Under the pieces are notes generated by a model. It made no database searches. It was not told the DNA's origin and worked only from the letters and a program-made list of their open reading frames with translations. The translations under genes and the position numbers were made by a program. From the IMG/VR virus record IMGVR_UViG_3300036830_000438, positions 3,156-67,155 of that record: a stretch of 64,000 nt of DNA. One strand, written 5' to 3'. Shown here in pieces: positions 39,049 through 48,742 of the stretch; within the stretch, counting starts at the first letter, position 1; the number at the start of each line of letters is the position of its first letter. Origin of the DNA: a virus.

Positions 39049-39953
39049 GCATCACTCCGTTTCGCTTTGCAGGCCGAGCAGTTCACCTCGTTCCAGTTCA
39101 TCGACACGACACGGAACCCAAGCTCGCCGCAGAGCACCTCTTCGTCGATCCCGGTTGGACCGAAGTGGACAGCGATGACGGGGGATTCCGACTCGGAATG
39201 GCGCGCAGCTTCCGCGAGTTCACGCGACGTCAGCGCGCCAGTCCAATTGCTTCCCCTGCGTGTGTGGATTTCTTTGGCGACAGCGCACGCGTCGGTGTTG
39301 CGTCCGTAGCTCGACGCGATGAGGTCCTCCGCCTCCGTGAGGTCGATCGTGTCCTCAAGTTCCGAGATGCGCGCTTTCAGCGACGCATTCTCATGCAGCA
39401 ATGCGTCGACCTGCTGCTTTGCTGTCCACGTGGCCCGCACCTTCGCGTCTTGTTCGCGATAGCGAGCGATCCATGTAATGACGTGATCCTGCTCGCCCTG
39501 TTCGATCGCTTCGATCAGCGCCTTGGCGGCACATTCACGCATCGTCGACGTCATTGCGACGTCCGAGCACGCCGCACACGGAGGATGCTCCAGAACGTTC
39601 GGTGGCAACACGATCGTCTGCGACACGCTGACGCTCGCCTCGATCTTCGCGTTACGGCCCTCAAGTGCGATGATGCGTGCTTTCGCAATGTCGATCTTCG
39701 CGCCCAACGCGTCGCAATCAGACTGCAGCCCGCTGGCCCACTGCTCGGCGGCCTTGAGCTTCTCGACGAGCGCCATCACGACCGAGCCGCTCTCGTTCGG
39801 GAGCTCGTAGACGCTGCGCATCTCGGCGAGCTGCGCTTTGAGCGCGTCACGGCAACGCGCGGCGGTGTGCTCAAGTCCGGTCGCGGGCTCCCGGTTGTAG
39901 AACCCACCACTGCCGCCGTCCTCGTGCTCTGTCCCGCAGTGCTCGCAAATCAT
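39045..39953 (-). CDS. Coiled-coil protein with CxxC motifs
   Basis: CEHC, CAAC and CSAC motifs plus heptads. Confidence 0.6.
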   Translation of the reverse strand: MICEHCGTEHEDGGSGGFYNREPATGLEHTAARCRDALKAQLAEMRSVYELPNESGSVVMALVEKLKAAEQWASGLQSDCDALGAKIDIAKARIIALEGRNAKIEASVSVSQTIVLPPNVLEHPPCAACSDVAMTSTMRECAAKALIEAIEQGEQDHVITWIARYREQDAKVRATWTAKQQVDALLHENASLKARISELEDTIDLTEAEDLIASSYGRNTDACAVAKEIHTRRGSNWTGALTSRELAEAARHSESESPVIAVHFGPTGIDEEVLCGELGFRVVSMNWNEVNCSACKAKRSDA

Positions 39954-40366
39954 TGGGCGAGCTCCCGCGCTCGACAGAACGAGCACTTGTCCTTCGGCAA
40001 GCACTTCATCGGATGCCTGCCCCACTTCTTCACGCACGGCACTTCGGCCATCTCGGACAGGCGGCGCTCGAGCTCGGTGCAACGGCGAGCGCGAGCGGCG
40101 AGTCGGCCGATGTAATCGTCCGTGACGAACACCATCTTCCCATTCGGCGCGCGCTGGTTCCACGCGGCAATCGCCTTCGCGATCGCCTCGTCGTAGGTCT
40201 CAGCGCACGGCTCGTCGGCGAGCTGGCTGAGCGTGATCGCGGGCCCCTGCGTGTGGCAGCCACCGCACTCGGCGTAGACGTACGTCTCGCCGCACGTCGT
40301 GAGCGAATCGTCGTCGGTCGAGACTTCCGTGCTTCCGCAGAACGGACACGGCGTCGGCGCGGTCAC
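39950..40366 (-). CDS. Lar-like restriction alleviation Zn-ribbon protein
   Basis: PCPFCGS...CGGCHTQGP...AIAAWNQRA signature. Confidence 0.7.
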   Translation of the reverse strand: MTAPTPCPFCGSTEVSTDDDSLTTCGETYVYAECGGCHTQGPAITLSQLADEPCAETYDEAIAKAIAAWNQRAPNGKMVFVTDDYIGRLAARARRCTELERRLSEMAEVPCVKKWGRHPMKCLPKDKCSFCRARELAQ

Positions 40367-40686
40367 CACGACACCTCCATGCACGGGTTCGGGTCGTATC
40401 CGAGGTGCTCGCGCGCGAACTCGACGATGCTCGGCCAGAGCTGCCCGATCCAATAACCGCTGCAGCCGCACACCTCGCGAATCGTCGCGTTGTATGCGCT
40501 CGCCCACGCTCGGCAGCCGCTGCAGAGCGCGTGATCGCTCCACGAACCGTCGTAGAGCGTGGCGACGCGCACGTACGTGTCGCCGGGCGCGATCGTCTCG
40601 TGGCATTCCTCACACGTGTGCGGCTTGCGCGCGCGCCGTGTCGACTCGCTCCAAACGTCCACCGATTCGTCGATACAAACGCACAT
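40363..40686 (-). CDS. Zn-finger phage protein
   Basis: ARKPHTCEECHETIAPGDTY...CSGC motif. Confidence 0.7.
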   Translation of the reverse strand: MCVCIDESVDVWSESTRRARKPHTCEECHETIAPGDTYVRVATLYDGSWSDHALCSGCRAWASAYNATIREVCGCSGYWIGQLWPSIVEFAREHLGYDPNPCMEVSW

Positions 40687-40859
40687 CAGTACATCCCTCG
40701 CGTTCGCTGGTAACCGAAGTAGCCCGCGAGCCACTCGCGCTCGCTCACCATCGAGTTGCGCCACGTTCCTGTCGGGAGGACGACGCGGACGGTGCGCGTG
40801 CCGTCTGACGCCGTGAACACTTCGCCGCCGGGCATCTCGTGCTTGTGGATCGCGCTCAT
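40686..40859 (-). CDS. Small hypothetical protein
   Basis: Coupled starts and stops. Confidence 0.45.
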   Translation of the reverse strand: MSAIHKHEMPGGEVFTASDGTRTVRVVLPTGTWRNSMVSEREWLAGYFGYQRTRGMY

Positions 40860-41119
40860 GGCGTGCTCCGAGCGGCCTCTAGCTCTGCGAGCCACGCCGA
40901 TTTGGGCCACCTCACCTCAACGATGGCGTCCACCACTTGTTCGCGACGCTTGTTCGGGTGCTCCTCACGGTCTTCTAGACCGAGGTGCTGAATCTGTTCT
41001 CCGGTCAGGTCGAAGGAGACGACGCGACGCGATGGCGGTGTGTACACATTCCCGTCGCGGTCATCGACCATCGTGCTGGGATCGGCAATGACGATCGCCA
41101 CGCGGATAGTCGGCGTCAT
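40856..41119 (-). CDS. Hypothetical protein
   Basis: MTPTIRV start; coupled. Confidence 0.5.
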   Translation of the reverse strand: MTPTIRVAIVIADPSTMVDDRDGNVYTPPSRRVVSFDLTGEQIQHLGLEDREEHPNKRREQVVDAIVEVRWPKSAWLAELEAARSTP

Positions 41120-41646
41120 GTTCCGTTCGCCTTCCCCAAGATGTCCTCCGGTACCTCGAAGAAGCTCAGCGCGCCTTTGCACGGCACGAACGGCGTCCGC
41201 TTCACGTCGTCGAGCACGAAGGCGTGTTGCTCCGGCGCGTGCCAGGTGTGACGGCATCGCCGCGCGAAGGCGTCGCGGAACGAGCGCGGCTTCTTCACTG
41301 GCGAAATCGCCGTGCGAGCGAGGCATGGCGCGATCACGTCCACGATGCGAGCCCGGCCGACGATGCCGCCAAGCTCCATCTCTTTCGACGGGATGAAGAG
41401 CGCGTTGTTGGACAGGTCGGTCGTGATGCCGAGGAAGCGATCGCGGAAGTCGACCCACGCGAGCTCGTCGACGACGTCGCTGATGATTTCGCACGCGTCG
41501 CTGAACTCGCCGCGATTGCCGACGGTCCCGCTCGCGTGAATGAGAAACTCGCCGCGGAACGCCACGTTCCACTTCCGATTCTCGAGGCGCTTGCCGAGGT
41601 AGAGCACGGCGTGTGCCCAGGGCTGGCGAAGAGAGAGAGCTTTCAT
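41116..41646 (-). CDS. ASCH domain protein
   Basis: MKALSLRQPWA...GKRLENRKW...IHAS...GGIVG signature. Confidence 0.85.
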   Translation of the reverse strand: MKALSLRQPWAHAVLYLGKRLENRKWNVAFRGEFLIHASGTVGNRGEFSDACEIISDVVDELAWVDFRDRFLGITTDLSNNALFIPSKEMELGGIVGRARIVDVIAPCLARTAISPVKKPRSFRDAFARRCRHTWHAPEQHAFVLDDVKRTPFVPCKGALSFFEVPEDILGKANGT

Positions 41647-42113
41647 GACGCGACCTCCCATCGCAGCTTCGTTTGCGTCGGCGCCTTGTCGACGCGCGGC
41701 CGCGACTTGCAGTTCCACGACCCACCGCCGGCTTCGCCCAGGAGCTTCCAGCCGGCAGCTCGGAGCGAGGCGCCGCCCTCTTCGGGCAGCGTGTAGGTCA
41801 CGAGCTTGCGATACCCAAGAGAGCGCGCAGCGCGCCAACTCGCGCCGTAGAGGAACGAGCACGCGTTGCGGTACCCGTTCGTTGCGACCCGCGTGACCTC
41901 CGCGGTCCAACCGTCTTGAAGACCGCGCGCGACGGGGCGTCCGACGATTGCGACGCCGACGACGGCGCCCTCACGTCCTCCTGCCGGGTCGAGCGTGAGA
42001 ACAGCAGCGCCGAGCGCGAAGATGTGCCCGACGACTGGCTTGTGGTGGCGGTGGTGTTGATCGACGAACGCGTTCGCCTCGTCGCGCGTCATGGGCACGA
42101 GAACGAGCGTCAC
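41643..42113 (-). CDS. Mom-like/XF1762-type GNAT-fold protein
   Basis: ANAFV..HHRHH, GVAIVGRPVAR, EVTRVAT, NACSFLY, VTYT and GASLRAAGW motifs. Confidence 0.75.
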   Translation of the reverse strand: MTLVLVPMTRDEANAFVDQHHRHHKPVVGHIFALGAAVLTLDPAGGREGAVVGVAIVGRPVARGLQDGWTAEVTRVATNGYRNACSFLYGASWRAARSLGYRKLVTYTLPEEGGASLRAAGWKLLGEAGGGSWNCKSRPRVDKAPTQTKLRWEVAS

Positions 42114-42868
42114 GACCCACGTCGCTTTCGCCGTGTCGCGCGCGCGTTGGGGGGGGGCGGCTCCCCGTCGAAAAGCGCCGGCTGCGCCTTCTCGTAGAAC
42201 GAGATCGCTCGCATCGGGTACCCGAAGCCCATCGAAAGCCCGAACGAGGTGACGAACGTGGCGCCGTCGGGCGGGTTCGGCACGATGTAGTGGACGATGC
42301 CGATACGCCCGTTCGGCTTCACGACGCGCACGGCCTCGCGGAGCAGATGCGACGGCCGTGGATAGTCCGTTCCGTAAAGCTCGCGTGCGTAGTGCTCCGA
42401 GTACGGCGGATCGATCAACACGGCATCGATGGTCGAGTCCGCAAGCGGGAGCTCGCGCCCGTCGGCGAGAATGTCCGGCTTCGCCTCGGGCCTGATGTCG
42501 ACGCGCACGCCCTCGCCCCTCGGAAGGCCTCCGGAGCACACGTGCAGGATGCGCGAGCGATCGCAGCGCAGCCACGGAAGCAGCTTCGGAATGAGCGCGG
42601 CTGGGTACATCCCGAAGACGCCCGGCGGCTGTTCGCCCGCCTCGAGGTCCTGCATCAGCACGCAGATCGCAGGCCGCTTCGGTTCGCGATCGCCGACACC
42701 ATGCGCCGGAAAACTCTGACCGTCCGCCATCGCGACGCGCGCTTGTGGGTGGCCGTGGTTCGATCGCGAGCGAGCGATCACGGCGGGAGCGAAGTCCTCG
42801 CGTTCGAGTTCGTTATGCGGCGTGCGTTCGCGACGAACAGAGACGTCGCGCGAGCGTGCATGCTTCAT
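42110..42868 (-). CDS. Amino (N6-A/N4-C) DNA methyltransferase
   Basis: LHVCSGG SAM-binding motif and DPPY catalytic motif. Start may be 42730. Confidence 0.75.
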   Translation of the reverse strand: MKHARSRDVSVRRERTPHNELEREDFAPAVIARSRSNHGHPQARVAMADGQSFPAHGVGDREPKRPAICVLMQDLEAGEQPPGVFGMYPAALIPKLLPWLRCDRSRILHVCSGGLPRGEGVRVDIRPEAKPDILADGRELPLADSTIDAVLIDPPYSEHYARELYGTDYPRPSHLLREAVRVVKPNGRIGIVHYIVPNPPDGATFVTSFGLSMGFGYPMRAISFYEKAQPALFDGEPPPPNARATRRKRRGS

Positions 42869-44511
42869 GACGCGATCACCTCCGGGCGTACCCATACGGC
42901 GCCGGTCGAGAGCGAGAACGCACCGAGCTGCGCTTCGACGAGCGCGACGAGCATGCGCTGCGCGATCGCTTCCGCGGCTGGCGGAGGCACGGCGTTGCCG
43001 ATGCGCTCGCGCCACGCGCTCGATGAGCTTCCGGCGAGCAGGAGCGGCGCGCCGTCGATGACTGTCGGCAAGCCCTGCAGCGCGGCGAGCTCGAGAGTCG
43101 TCAACGGGCGATGCCATGTCCCATCAGCGGCAATGATCCACGGCGTGAACGGCGGCGCCTTGCGAGGGTCGGCAACCGCGAAGGTGCCCGTTGCGACGCC
43201 GGACGCACCCGTGATGGTGCCGGCGGCCTGCTCCCACGACATCACGCCGTAGGAACCGTTGTACGCGTGCTCGACGCGTACGTCAGCGACCGCGTATGCG
43301 CCGTTTCCCGGGTGCGACTTGCCCGCGATCGTCGGGCTTGACTCGCTCCAGTCGAGGACGGCGTAGCCGTGGTCGTACGCGCGCTTCACGCGTGGATCGG
43401 CGACGGCGCCGCCTCCGCTCGATGGCGCCGGCGCGTGGGTGATCGTGCCGACGGGCTGCGACCACGGCGTCACGCGATCGACGTTGCCGAAGCGAGGGTC
43501 GGCGATCGCGGGCGCGCCGCTGCCCGGACGCGTCGCTCCGATCACCGTGTGCGCCGGCTTCGTCCAATCCTCGACGCGGTATTTGTTGTGATGCGAGCTC
43601 GGTTTGCATGCGCCGAGCGCGATGCGCGGGTCGGCGACGTTCTCCACGCCGTTCGATCCCGATCCGCCGACGGTGCCGGTCGGACCATCCCAGCGTTCGA
43701 CGCGATGCCGCTTGAACTTCGAGCGTCGGCTTTCGCCATCGGCGAGGACGCCTTCGAGATCGCGCCAATCGCCACCGGCGGGGATGAGCGATAGGCGTAC
43801 CCAATTGAGCCACGAGATTTTCGGGAGCCGGTGCATGCGGCCCGCGCTCGGGTCCTCTGGCATCGGCAACGTGCCGAGCACCTCACCGCACGCTCTCACG
43901 CGCCGCCGCGGCGGCTGGTAGAGAAGCGGAGCGACGCTCGACGCGTGGCGCGCGACGAGGAGATATCGGCGGCGATGCTGCGCCAACGACCCGAGCTCGC
44001 CGCAGTCGTGGAAGCCGTCGGAGAACACGTAGCCCGCGCGCTTGAGGAGCGGACGCAGCTCGCGGAGCATCTCTTTCGCGCGGGTCTTGAGCCGCGGCAC
44101 GTTCTCGAGGAGCACGAGCTTCGGCGGCATCGCCCACGCCGCGAGCATCGTCTGCGTCCACACGAGCGCGAGGCGGTTCATGTCCTTGTACTTCGCGGTC
44201 GCGGCCTTCGATTCGCTCAGGAGCCCGGAAGCGCCCTTGCACGGCGGCGACATGAAGACGACGTCGGGAGCGCGGGCGCCGTACCGCGCGCGGAGATCCG
44301 CTGGCGCGATCTGCGCGACGTCGACGCACCACGCCGGCGCGCCCGTGAGCTTCTCGAAGTCGAGGCACGCATCGCGATCGAAGTCGAGTCCGCCAAGCGC
44401 TTCGAAGCGCGCCTCGTGACCGAGAAGCGTCACGCGAGCATTCAGGAAGCCGCGCGCGCCAGCGCCGAGCCCGCAGAACGGAAAGAGCGCCGTGAAGACG
44501 AGCGGCTTCAT
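42865..44511 (-). CDS. C5-cytosine DNA methyltransferase with tandem repeats in the variable region
   Basis: FCGLG (I), SPPC (IV), ENV (VI), QHRRR (VIII), R.LT..E.A.LQG (IX), GNAVPP (X). Confidence 0.9.
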   Translation of the reverse strand: MKPLVFTALFPFCGLGAGARGFLNARVTLLGHEARFEALGGLDFDRDACLDFEKLTGAPAWCVDVAQIAPADLRARYGARAPDVVFMSPPCKGASGLLSESKAATAKYKDMNRLALVWTQTMLAAWAMPPKLVLLENVPRLKTRAKEMLRELRPLLKRAGYVFSDGFHDCGELGSLAQHRRRYLLVARHASSVAPLLYQPPRRRVRACGEVLGTLPMPEDPSAGRMHRLPKISWLNWVRLSLIPAGGDWRDLEGVLADGESRRSKFKRHRVERWDGPTGTVGGSGSNGVENVADPRIALGACKPSSHHNKYRVEDWTKPAHTVIGATRPGSGAPAIADPRFGNVDRVTPWSQPVGTITHAPAPSSGGGAVADPRVKRAYDHGYAVLDWSESSPTIAGKSHPGNGAYAVADVRVEHAYNGSYGVMSWEQAAGTITGASGVATGTFAVADPRKAPPFTPWIIAADGTWHRPLTTLELAALQGLPTVIDGAPLLLAGSSSSAWRERIGNAVPPPAAEAIAQRMLVALVEAQLGAFSLSTGAVWVRPEVIAS

Positions 44512-46322
44512 CCGACGAGCTCCGATGCCAGGACGATCGTGTCCTTCCCATCAGCGATGCCGAGCCCGCGGAGTTCCGCCATCCCGCCGCGGAACGTGCT
44601 CACGGTCGGGTCGATCTTCGAGCGTCGTCCGAGGGCGTCGCGATCGCACGTGCCGCCGGCGTCACGCAGCGCGGTCATGAGCGCTGCGCCGCACTTGCCG
44701 ACCTGCCCGAGATACCACTCGAACAGCTCGTCGCCTTCCTTCGGCAGCCGGAACGACGGCGCCTGCGCGATGCCCGAACGTGTCGCCCGCAGCATGTCGT
44801 CGGGCAAGTCCTCGATGAGGCCAGACGCGCGGAGTTCGGCGAGCCCGCCGCGCAGCGTGGACTTCGTCGGGCTGTAGCCCGCGAGCATCGCGACGCGACG
44901 ACGCGGGACGGGCTTCGGATCGTGCTGGGCGATCACCGCGAGAATGCGCGCGGCGCACGAGCCGAGCGCGCCGGACGATGATGCGGGTCTCTCCCCGCCG
45001 TCACGCTGCGACCGGCTGACTTCCTTTCGGACTCCGTGGACGGTCGCTGCTTCTCGTACCTCGCCCGCGTTGGACGAGTTAGACCGCGGTGTCGATGCCC
45101 CGACAAGGGCGCCGCGGCCGGAATCTTTCACGCGCGCGATCGCGTCGCGCACCTTGGTCGCCCACTCGCCGATCGGCGCGACTACGAGACGCATCTGCTC
45201 GATGCGTGCGGTCCACTCTTCCTCTTCGCGGGCGAGCGACTCGAGGTAGTTTTCGAGCACGGTGATGTCCTCTGTCGAGAGGACGGACACCTCGATCGTC
45301 TTCGTCGGAGCGTTCGCGACGCCGACGCGGGCGCTGCGCTCGAGCTCGGCGATCCGCGCGCGGAGCACCTTCGGGTCGTCGGCCTTCGATTGCTCGATCG
45401 ATGTCGCGAGCTTGGCGCGGAGCGCGTCGAGGTCGACGTCCGCGAGCTTCGTGGGCGAGATCGCGCGCTCGCCCGCCTTCGGTGTGGCGCTCGAATCGAA
45501 CGTCCGGCGCTCGCGCACGTGCACCTCTTTGAAGAGGTCCAGCCATCCCGGCGACCAAAACCATGCGGTGCCGCGTTCGAGCGCCGGCAATCGCGCGAGG
45601 AACGCTCCCTTGTTGTCGTTTGTGTCGTGTTGCTCGATCCACGCCTCGAGGGCCTTGCGGTCCTGCGGCGAGCTCGTGCGGTGACACACGAGGAGCTCGA
45701 GCTGCGTGAGCAGGTCTTTGTTCACGCTCGCGGCGCGCTGGTCGATGAGCGCGACGCCGAGGCCGCTCGATCGCCCCTGCCGCACGATCTTCTGGATCGC
45801 CCCGACCATCTGGGCCTCCGCGGCGCCGACGCGTTGCGGACAGAACAGGTGGGCTTCGTCGATCACGAGAAGCATCGGCGTCTCCCTGCCCTCCTCGCCC
45901 TTGCGGTGGTAGATGCGTCGCGCGAAATCCGTGACAAGCCGGCGCTGGTCCGCCTGCGACTCGAAGTGCCGGAGCGATAGGATCGCCGGGATGCGGTTGT
46001 CGACGATGGCGTCCGCCACGAGGGCGCCGTCGCCCGCGCTCAGCGGCACGTCGCCGTGTCGCCCGCCGAACACGACGATCGGATAGGCGCCGCGAGACCC
46101 GTCTTTCGACGATCGCAGACCCCACCACGCGTCGGTCGGGTCGATCACGACGACCTGTTGCCCCGCGTCGAGGAGCTCCTCGGTCATGACGACGCACGTG
46201 TTCGTCTTGCCGGAGCCACGAATGCCGAGCACGGCGATCGTCTCGGTGACGACGTCGATTGGGATCTCGAGCTTGGGCGATAGAGTGACCATCGGCCCTT
46301 GGAGAACGCGAGCGGGCGTCAT
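44508..46322 (-). CDS. HerA/FtsK-like (DUF87) ATPase with C-terminal HTH-like domains
   Basis: GIRGSGKT, VIDP, IDEAH, QGRSSG and DQR motifs. Confidence 0.8.
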   Translation of the reverse strand: MTPARVLQGPMVTLSPKLEIPIDVVTETIAVLGIRGSGKTNTCVVMTEELLDAGQQVVVIDPTDAWWGLRSSKDGSRGAYPIVVFGGRHGDVPLSAGDGALVADAIVDNRIPAILSLRHFESQADQRRLVTDFARRIYHRKGEEGRETPMLLVIDEAHLFCPQRVGAAEAQMVGAIQKIVRQGRSSGLGVALIDQRAASVNKDLLTQLELLVCHRTSSPQDRKALEAWIEQHDTNDNKGAFLARLPALERGTAWFWSPGWLDLFKEVHVRERRTFDSSATPKAGERAISPTKLADVDLDALRAKLATSIEQSKADDPKVLRARIAELERSARVGVANAPTKTIEVSVLSTEDITVLENYLESLAREEEEWTARIEQMRLVVAPIGEWATKVRDAIARVKDSGRGALVGASTPRSNSSNAGEVREAATVHGVRKEVSRSQRDGGERPASSSGALGSCAARILAVIAQHDPKPVPRRRVAMLAGYSPTKSTLRGGLAELRASGLIEDLPDDMLRATRSGIAQAPSFRLPKEGDELFEWYLGQVGKCGAALMTALRDAGGTCDRDALGRRSKIDPTVSTFRGGMAELRGLGIADGKDTIVLASELVG

Positions 46323-46510
46323 CGTTTCGGCCTCGATGCCTTGGGCGCGAGCACGTAGCGATGGACCTCGTCCGGGTCGGCGCGCAGGCCCTGGTTGCTC
46401 GACGCGTGACTCCGCGTGGTGGTCGCGTAGTACGGCAACACGCCGTCGACGACGACGTACAGCGCTCTCGGCGGCCTCCCGCTCGGCGGCGCAATCTTCT
46501 CTCGTTTCAC
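46319..46510 (-). CDS. Small hypothetical protein
   Basis: GGAGG RBS; coupled. Confidence 0.45.
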   Translation of the reverse strand: MKREKIAPPSGRPPRALYVVVDGVLPYYATTTRSHASSNQGLRADPDEVHRYVLAPKASRPKR

Positions 46511-46839
46511 GTTCCCTCCGTGCGCCGTTGTGGCGGCTTTTTCGGCAAGTTTCGAAGTGATGGCGGCGTGAACGCGGGGCATTCCGCGGTGCACGGCGCG
46601 AGCTCGGGGTGGCGGTGGCGCACAACCTTCGAGACTTTTCCGGACGAGACGAGATTCTCGTAGGCGACTTCGCCGAGCCGCTCGCTCACCCAGGTTCGCT
46701 GCTTCGCCGAGAGGCAGTTGCGCTCGCCCGACGCGATCTTCTCGCGCATCTCGGTGAACGCCTCCGTCGTGTCCTCGTCGAGCGTCGACAGCGTGAGCGC
46801 GCGCTCGAGGAGCGCCAGGTCGTCGGTGCGGCCGCTCAC
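46507..46839 (-). CDS. Hypothetical protein (paralog of 61801-62079)
   Basis: DD..LL.RAL.L...AF..MRE...QR.WV motif shared with 61801-62079. Confidence 0.65.
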   Translation of the reverse strand: MSGRTDDLALLERALTLSTLDEDTTEAFTEMREKIASGERNCLSAKQRTWVSERLGEVAYENLVSSGKVSKVVRHRHPELAPCTAECPAFTPPSLRNLPKKPPQRRTEGT

Positions 46840-47558
46840 AACGCTCCGCCGCATTCCGCGCAGTGCGAGCGCCGATCCGGAAGTGGTCGCTGCGAGCAGT
46901 TGCCCACAACGCAGCCATCCGCCACGGCCGCCTTGAGCGGCCAGCCGCAGCGGTCACAGCGCTTTGCTGGCGAGCACGAACACCGCACGCCGATGCTCTC
47001 CGACCGCTTCGCAGCTGCGACCGTCGACGGGTCCACTCCGCGGATCGTCGCGATGAACTCGCGCCAGGGCGTCGTCTTGCCGCTGTCGCGGTCCCAGAAC
47101 GACCACGAGCCGATCTTTCGCGCCGTGACAAAGAGCGTCCACGCATCCTTCTCGAACAGATCGACGCGGTGAAAGTCGTCGGCCGCGATGAAGTTGAAAG
47201 AGAATGGCGGAACGTCTCGACGTTCGACGTCGTAGCGAATCGCTTGGGCTAGGCGTGTCGCGACACGGCGCTCCTCGCTGTACCCACCCGCGAGCACGAA
47301 CGAGACGCTCTGCTCCCACGGATGCGAGTGGAGCGCGGAGTCCTCATCGCTGCGGACGAATCGGTGGAGCATGACCGTGAGCGGCGCGTCGGCGAACTCG
47401 CCCTCCTCGCTCGGTCCGCCGAGCAGGTAGTAACGCTCTAGGTACGGCGAGTCGCCGCTGCGGTTCATGATGACGCGCGGCGTGATTTTGCTCGCGAATT
47501 GTTCGCACATCGCGCGCGCCAAGTGCGAGAACGCGAGACGAAAGCCGTCGGCAATCAC
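46836..47558 (-). CDS. Cupin-fold protein with C-terminal Cys cluster
   Basis: PYLERY, LHRF..SD...LHSHPW, GGYSEE, FHRV and WTLF motifs. Confidence 0.7.
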   Translation of the reverse strand: MIADGFRLAFSHLARAMCEQFASKITPRVIMNRSGDSPYLERYYLLGGPSEEGEFADAPLTVMLHRFVRSDEDSALHSHPWEQSVSFVLAGGYSEERRVATRLAQAIRYDVERRDVPPFSFNFIAADDFHRVDLFEKDAWTLFVTARKIGSWSFWDRDSGKTTPWREFIATIRGVDPSTVAAAKRSESIGVRCSCSPAKRCDRCGWPLKAAVADGCVVGNCSQRPLPDRRSHCAECGGAL

Positions 47559-48742
47559 GACGACGCTCGCTTCTCGCTCGCGAGCTTGAACATGACTTCC
47601 CGCTCGGTCGCGACGCGCTCGCAAAACTCGTCGTGCAGGTCGTCGATCGTCGTTCGGACCTTTCTTGTGTTCACGCACATCGTCTCGACGAGGCCGGCCA
47701 GCCGCGCGAGCACCATCAGCGCCTCACTGGGCTCCAGCCGCGCGCGCGTGAACACGTCGAGCACTTCTTTGCCGGTGGCGGTCAACGTCGCCTGCACGGC
47801 GTCCGATGCCGGCAGCGACGGGCCGCGCAGCGGTGCGGCGGTGCGCGGCGCAACAGCGGCACGCTCCGCTTTCTCACGCGCGACCTTTTCGGCTTCGGCA
47901 CGGGCGTTGGCCTCGTCCACCTCACGGCGAAGGCGCGCCGCCTCTGCTTCCTGCCGGATGCGTGCGGCCTGCGCGTCCGCGTCTGCCTTGCGTCGCTCCG
48001 CCTCCTGGCGTTCGCGTTCGGCGCGTGCGTCGGTCTCGGCCTTCTCGCGAGCTGCGCGTTCGTCGGCAGCGACGCGTTTCGCCTCCGTCGCCTCGCGCTC
48101 CAGCCGCACGCGCTCATCGGCGGCCGCACGCTCGCGTTCCGCTTCCTGAACACGGCGTTCTTCCGCATCGGCGGCAGCCTTCGCGGCTGCAGCTTCGGCA
48201 GCCTCGCGGAGCTCGCGTTCGCGGGTCACGCGCGCATCGCGTGCCGAGCGTGCCGCATCGACGACCTGCGACCACGCGTCATCCGCCATCAGGCCGAGGT
48301 CGGCGTAAGTCGCGGGGTTCGCGCCGAACGCGACGAGCGTTTGCTTTCGCGCTTCGCGAAGCAGGTCGCGACGCTTCTCCGCCTGTCGCTCGGCGAACGT
48401 TTCCTGCTCGAGCAGATGCTCCTCGACGGGTTCGATGAGCGCGGCGATCACGTTGTAGATGCCATCGATCGCGCGCGACCGAAGTAGCGAGTCAGCTTTC
48501 AACTTCTTCCGTGTCTTCTCGGCGTTGACACGAATCTCGCGGAGGGCGAGACGCGACTCGCGAGCGAACTTCATCTCGCGTGTTTGATCCTCGCTCGTGA
48601 TCTTGATGCTTGCGGCGCGACGAACCCAGTCGTCCGCCTGCGCAAACATCGAGTCGAACGCCGCGCGAAGCGACGCTCCAGTCTCCGCGTCGACACAGTC
48701 AACGGCTTGAGCCAACTGCGTGGAGAGAACCAATTCCGTCAT
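47555..48742 (-). CDS. Long coiled-coil protein
   Basis: Glu/Arg/Ala-rich heptads; lies in the recombination module. Confidence 0.75.
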   Translation of the reverse strand: MTELVLSTQLAQAVDCVDAETGASLRAAFDSMFAQADDWVRRAASIKITSEDQTREMKFARESRLALREIRVNAEKTRKKLKADSLLRSRAIDGIYNVIAALIEPVEEHLLEQETFAERQAEKRRDLLREARKQTLVAFGANPATYADLGLMADDAWSQVVDAARSARDARVTRERELREAAEAAAAKAAADAEERRVQEAERERAAADERVRLEREATEAKRVAADERAAREKAETDARAERERQEAERRKADADAQAARIRQEAEAARLRREVDEANARAEAEKVAREKAERAAVAPRTAAPLRGPSLPASDAVQATLTATGKEVLDVFTRARLEPSEALMVLARLAGLVETMCVNTRKVRTTIDDLHDEFCERVATEREVMFKLASEKRASS

